DNA from: Paragordius varius
Taxonomy: Eukaryota > Animalia > Nematomorpha
DNA: 64,000 nucleotides
Direction: 5' to 3'
Assembly (NCBI GenBank): GCA_964247055.1
Contig: OZ176054.1
Location: 2,790,001-2,854,000 of the forward strand
This document shows, one piece after another, positions 58,101 through 64,000 of the stretch (the stretch's first letter is position 1; each line of letters opens with the position of its first letter). The notes beneath the pieces were generated by a model. It made no database searches and was not told the origin of the DNA. It worked only from the letters and a program-made list of their open reading frames with translations. Both the position numbers and the translations under genes were made by a program.

Positions 58101-58900
58101 GTGATAATCAATGTGGGAAAATGTTGAAGCAGGACTACAAATTTTATTTGTCATTTGAGAATTCTCAATTTCCCCATTACATAACGGAAAAATTTTTCGA
58201 AAACGGACTCAGGTTTAATTTTATACACAAGAATCTTATATTTTATCCCACTCTTGAATTATTATTAATTATAACAACATTTAATGTGTTTACAGAAACG
58301 ATCTTATTCCGATTGTGTTAGGCGCACGGCCAAACGATTACCGAAAGGTCGGGCCACCTCATTCATTCATACACGTGGATGAATTTGAAAGTCCTGCACA
58401 TTTAAGTCTCTTCCTTTATATTTTGGATGCTAATCCTATTTTATATGCTACTTATTTGGGTTGGAAATATTTGGGGCTGTATGATGAAAAATCTACCGTA
58501 CAATTGTTTGGTACGTTATTGTGATGTTTAAAATGCATATAATTTTTGATTTAAAAAATCGACTGCAAATAGTCACAAAAACCTATTTGTAATTTACACT
58601 TTAATTTAAATAAAAAAAACTTTTTAACACTTAAATAAATATTTTGCTAAAGTAAAATTAACTTTAATCGGTTATCCATTATTATTGACCTACAGTGATA
58701 AGCTTAATATGATAACTTAATCTCTAGAAAAATGGAAAGAGTCACCAAAACAAGACGTTATCGATGGTGAAAAATTGTATCAAAGTCAATTCATAGATAC
58801 CAAATTTTGGTGCCGTGTTTGTGCAATGTTAAATGTGGCCCATTATCAATCAATGCATCGAACGTATCCCCACTTAGATGTATGGTGGAACGAAACCTAA
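55166..58900 (+). CDS. Alpha-1,3-fucosyltransferase (GT10 family, FucTA-like), 4 exons, ~758 aa
   Basis: Exons 55166-56076, 57235-58212, 58296-58510, 58728-58900, phases compatible. N-terminal type II TM segment (STLILIILASYMSLVFVF); WHSLESP, YNWTATYKLDSD...PY, VAWFVSNC, IDVYGTCG, YKFYLSFENS...YITEKFF, PIVLGA, SFIHVDEF, FWCRVCAML. Confidence 0.92.
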
Positions 58901-59409
58901 TGTTTTAATCAATTGGTTTTAAAAGTGTTTATGCGTGTCGGCATGGTTGGACAAGATTGACAACACAGAATGAATCTCTTTCAAAAAAGTTGAAAGGGTT
59001 TCAAAAGTCATTAGCTAATAAAATTTCTGAATCCGAGTGAAAAAAAACATTTCTCAGGAATGCGTGCGTTTAAAATTACAAATTTTCCAATTAATCCTTG
59101 TTTATGTGCAATAAAAAAGGGGGAGTGGAATCTGCCTACCATTTTATCACATGTCTCATGCTAAAAAAAATACTCATTTATGGTATGTACGAATTTTCTA
59201 AAATTTTATGTATTTACAAATCAATACGCTTCTTCCCGTTGAGTACCTAGTCTTACCAAAAATAATTCTTTTATTTTAAATACTAAATGATTTAACATTC
59301 CATATATAGAGAGCAATCATTAATTATGTATATAATATATAGATTATGTTATGAATAAATAATTTATTTTATATTATCACAAGAAATATGATATATGTTA
59401 TCTGTTAGG

Positions 59410-62400
59410 CTAACTCCCCGAATTTCTGCAGCAGTAATATTCTAAAATTGTTATATAAATTTTAAAATTTCTTAAAAACTCATTATATGTAACAAAATTA
59501 ACTAAAATTTGTGGGATTAAAACTAGATAATTTTGATAAAATTAATATTAGAGATTTTGATACTTGCAAATAATTTTTGGAATCCGGTTTTGAAAGCCCT
59601 ATCATACCGATAGTATATGAAAAAATTGTAAGTAAGACTGAAACTGTAAAAAAAGGTTAAAATCTTTTGCACCACTATATTATTGTACAGGAACGATACC
59701 CGGCTATCCGTTAGCGACTATATATATATTTATATATAAGTTTTTATGAATTAAACAGCCATATTATTGGTTATATGAATCCTTCTTTAATTGGGTAATA
59801 GTGAGAAAAAATTTGATATTTTCCAGCAAGTATAGATCTTAGCAAGAAAAATGAAAAAAAACATACTTGCTGAATAACATTTTCTCTCTATTAATCAATT
59901 TAAAGACCCATGTAACCCATAAAATTTCATTCAAATTTTTACTGCTTTAATCTCAATATAGTAACGTGTGAGCTATTTTAGGCCACATCTGTATTTTAAA
60001 TGGCTAAAATGGTATTTAAATTTTCATGTCTGTTCCCATGTATTAAATTTATATTTTAATTGTGGAGAAAAATACATTATTTAGTTAAGACTCCATTACT
60101 TTTGGGGTAATCCCAGAGCAATTTGTAATTTGAATATCTTAAAAAGTATTTAAACTATGGCCTAATTTGTTTTGCCCCCATTTTTTTCTATATTTTCTTA
60201 AAATAATAGTTAATACAACAGGCAAATAAATGTATATTATGGATAAAAATGTAAATAATTAACTTTAAAAAGTCTGGCTACATTTTATATTTTGATTTTA
60301 ATTTTAGCTGTTTGTTCAATCTATTTTGGAGGTATCCCAATTTTAGACTCTATAAAATAAGTATATAAAGTTTTTTATCTAATATAGAGCAATAAATTTT
60401 AACTTAAATAGCTTTCAAAACTGTAGTTTACAAAATTGAGCTCTGTGAAATAAAACTACCCCAAAAGGTACTAGGACAAATTAAAGGAAATGAAGTGTTA
60501 AATATGTAACTCTAATATATCCAAAAAACACCAACAAATTATTGAATAAAATAAACAAAGTAATGTAAGAAAGGAAAAAGTTGTTAATTTAACATTTTGT
60601 TGTTCTTTCCATACACTACTGTGTTGCAAATTACTCTACTATAGTGTGGAATAAACTAATTTTATACATAACAACACACACATGTAAATTAAATACCTTT
60701 AGCCATTTAAAATACAGATGATATGGCCTGTATAATAATAGCTCCCATCATTACTGTAAAAGCAAAAATAATTTATACGTACGTACACTATGGACATGGA
60801 GTGCAAAATATGGGAGCCATGAGGCCAAATATAAAACTGTTATGAGTATGAGTGTTTTATAGACTCGTTTCTTATTTATTTGGCTGGTGTGCAATGGGGT
60901 GCTGCTAGTTCCTATACCAGTCCTTACATTGCTGCTCGTCACAATGGGGACGGCGAGTAGGCCCTTGGGATTGTTATCTGTATAATTGGTTGTCATATCC
61001 CTTTCAAGGTCTATTCCACTTTTGACTACATTATTCTCGGCATAATCCTGGGTTTTTGCGTCAATTTTAACAGATTTAGTAGGCTTTGAGAGTTTCGGAT
61101 CGGATGGGTCATTTGCTAAATATTTATTATGAAACAGCGCATATATAATAAAACAGATTATTTTACATATAGTTTTGTTGGTTCCGATTTAGTTTTTTTA
61201 GGTTAAATGGTACTAATTTTGGTTTAATTTTTAAATTATATATTTATCCGAATTTTTTATGGAATGTAAATAACCTGCAGATAAATCATATACATAACCA
61301 CAAAAAATTTTGTTGTAATCCATTTTTCTCTGAAGAATATACCAGATTATTAAAATATATTTAATTATACTTCAAAAATAAAAATATAATAATATGACAA
61401 TAAGTAACCATTGTTTTATTCTATCATCCAAAAAATTCATAAAATTAATATTTTAGCAACACAACCGTGGTTGATTAAAGAGATTGTCACCATTTTTTTA
61501 GCAATCTAAAAAAATGTCCATGATTTCAGTTCCAATCAAGCATATATTTAACTAAAATAATGGAGAGGAAATCAAAATATATGCGGAAGCATTAAATTTT
61601 GAACATTCTATAATTTTAAATATCAATGCATTATAAAAGTATCACATCGAAAATTGTAAAAAATAATGTAATTTTAAATATATTAAATCCCGGATGTCTC
61701 GTTTGATCTAATTAAATGCTTTTGACCCTGCACAGCTAAATAATATTTTTAAAACATTATTTTGGCTTTTGACCCAACTTGTTAGAGAAAAGAACAATTT
61801 CTAATACGCCAAAATGTAAGTTCTGATTGAAACAATTTACTATTGCTAAAAGTTTAATGCTTACATAATATATATTACCTGTAGTATTTCGGTCAACCGC
61901 TCCATTTGGAGGTTGATTAATAGATACATCACGTAGATTGGATGTTTTAAAACCGGTAAACATCTTTGAATTATTGAAGGATGAGACAACATTTTGCGAC
62001 ATTTTGTTTGATGTGTGCTGGGAACCACCTTCAGCCGATGAATGCGGTGAGGGATGGGACTTATTTTTGTGCCAAATGTAATAACCCAGTACGGAATAAT
62101 TTGTAATTATAATCACAGTCGGCAAAAGAAAAACAGCCATCAAAAGAAATAAACTGTAAACCTGTGTTTAAAATAAAGCAAAATTAAAAATTATCAAAAA
62201 ACAAAACATATAAAATATCTCTATATTAACTTGCCCTAATAGCGTGTCGACTAACAGTGTACGTACAATCTATCACCATTTCTACGTTATCCAAATACCA
62301 CTTATTGAGATTCAGTTCATCCCAGTAACCAATGTAATCAAATAAGTGCTCCGGTTTTGTTACATTGAAGCTAAATGCTTTGGGCACAATATGATCCCAA

Positions 62401-63595
62401 CGAACTAAGGTTTTAGCCCTAAAAAAGTGCATGGAGACGTGCTCATCTCTCAGATGCTGTAGAAATCTCAATCTATTCCTCCGACACAAAAAATATTTTT
62501 CACTGTTCCACACCTTAAGATACTGCAAATGTTTTATCATTTTGAAAGCTAGCTCTTCGGGATCTAAATACGTTTTGTTTTGTAACAAATCGTGCGGGAC
62601 TAAACTTTCATTGCTTTCCAAATGTTGGGCATAAAGTTGACTTAAAACATCATGACACCTACTTCGGACACTATAATAGTTTTGGAAGTATTGCCAACTC
62701 CTGTGTGCATTGTTGAGTGTTTGATATCCTTCATAATTAAACAAGACATAGATAACATCGTAAAACCAGAGATTGGGTGATGAGATGGCAAAACCAATCA
62801 ACCAACATGCCGCAGAGACAATGTAACTTATTTTTAAATCTCGATTGATTGCAGCATTTCTCATACTTCCTGAGAGTGTACCTCCTGATGTTTGACTTCT
62901 CACCACGGTTTTGTATAATCGATCGATCGATATCACGAGAATAAATAAGATTTGGACGGAGGTGAAGAATTTTATAAGGGTATTACTCAATTTACAATGT
63001 ATTGAGCCTAAACAACATATATGTGAAAATATGTTATACTTGAATAAAATTAATGAATATTAGAGTGTGAGAATAAAATATATAATTTTGTTTCCTGAGA
63101 AAAATACTTATTTTATGATAAGCTAAAGATAAAATATCATATATAACAAATGCAAAAATAGCTAAAAAATATAGCATAGCTTAACCGGGCTTCGGACAAA
63201 TCTTAATAAGAACCGTTCACGTTACATTTATTCGTTATAGGATCCGTATATATTTAACCAACCTTCATTAGAAACAAATCTTTATTCAAATAACCTTTTT
63301 CTTTTAAATTAGAATTCTGTAAACCCTTGAAACTTTTAAAACAAAGTTAATAAAATGATACTTTACCTCTTATATAATTGGTTAATTGGGTAAAATCATA
63401 CAGTATCATGGGTATAATAATGGCTCCAGTTAGTATCATACAAAGGGCCACATTGGCTATGTAGACATAGGCCGAATTTCTGAAGCTCCGTTTATTTGTC
63501 CAAAATACGATTAGAATGATACAATTTAATATGGTTCCCACAATAATTATACATGAAATTATTATAATGAATGGTAAGTTATCAGGGTATCGCAT
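59410..63595 (-). CDS. Rhodopsin-class GPCR (orphan, peptide-receptor-like), 6 exons, ~608 aa
   Basis: Exons 63367-63595 (TM1-2), 62235-63007 (CKL..SIDRL, TM4, long ECL2), 61879-62161 (TM5 FLLP..NY), 60787-61115 (ICL3, TM6 SWLPY), 60536-60635 and 59410-59522 (TM7, helix-8-like FLRNFK, CC, stop TAG). The last two exons and the exon-2 donor are my reconstruction and are less certain. Confidence 0.82.
59768..59912. repeat. Imperfect ~145-bp hairpin (degraded foldback MITE) in the last GPCR intron
   Basis: GGTTATATG...AATAGTGAGAAAA...CAGCAAGTAT pairs with ATACTTGCTG...TTTTCTCTCTATT...CATGTAACC. Confidence 0.65.
59981..60728. repeat. ~45-bp inverted repeat pair (59981-60023 and 60686-60728) flanking GPCR exon 5
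   Basis: A 23-nt perfect core, CATCTGTATTTTAAATGGCTAAA, on + at 59986-60008 and on - at ~60698-60720. Confidence 0.85.
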
Positions 63596-64000
63596 TTAGC
63601 ATTTAAAAATCTCCCCTTTTTATCAGTCAATGTTTTTATTTTATAATTTACAATAATATATTTTGGGAATTATTTAAGGTTCTGTTAAAAAAAAACACAT
63701 AAATAATGCATGATACAAGTATATACGGTTATACCTTGACATCTCAACCGCCAAAATCCTCTTTTATTTTTTGAGAAAATTCAAAAAAAATTAAATTAAT
63801 GCTAATTTTTAAAGTATTTATATATTTATTTTTCGAAGAAATCAATAAATTTTATTGTACAAATAGTGTTCACCCCTATTAAATTAAAATAATGAGACGC
63901 CGATATTGTCTTCTTTGTTAATACAATGACATATACTTAACACCCAATATTTTATTCCCACATGAATTAAAAATATTATTTTAATTTCCCTTGTAGTGTA

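Overview
AT-rich eukaryotic genomic DNA, most likely from an invertebrate animal, using the standard genetic code; I cannot identify the species. By reading splice sites and checking frames by hand I reconstructed six protein-coding genes: the 3' part of an RCC1-repeat (RCCD1-like) gene (+, to 6929), DDX46/Prp5 (+, 10418-27061, 28 exons), intronless POLR3K/RPC11 (-, 27702-28094), OGDH (-, 32876-48275, 24 exons), a large alpha-1,3-fucosyltransferase (+, 55166-58900) and an atypical class A GPCR (-, 59410-63595). Introns and intergenic DNA hold many transposon relics: two inverted RTE-LINE fragments, a decayed hAT with intact ends, a TTAA-targeting piggyBac-like MITE family with one copy nested in another, and several TA-flanked foldback elements. 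The most notable observations concern splicing: candidate 21-26 nt introns beside kb-scale ones, degenerate 5' splice sites, and a candidate GPCR microexon whose antisense copy lies in a downstream intron. No tRNA, rRNA or CRISPR array was found. All gene models are manual, with no transcript support.
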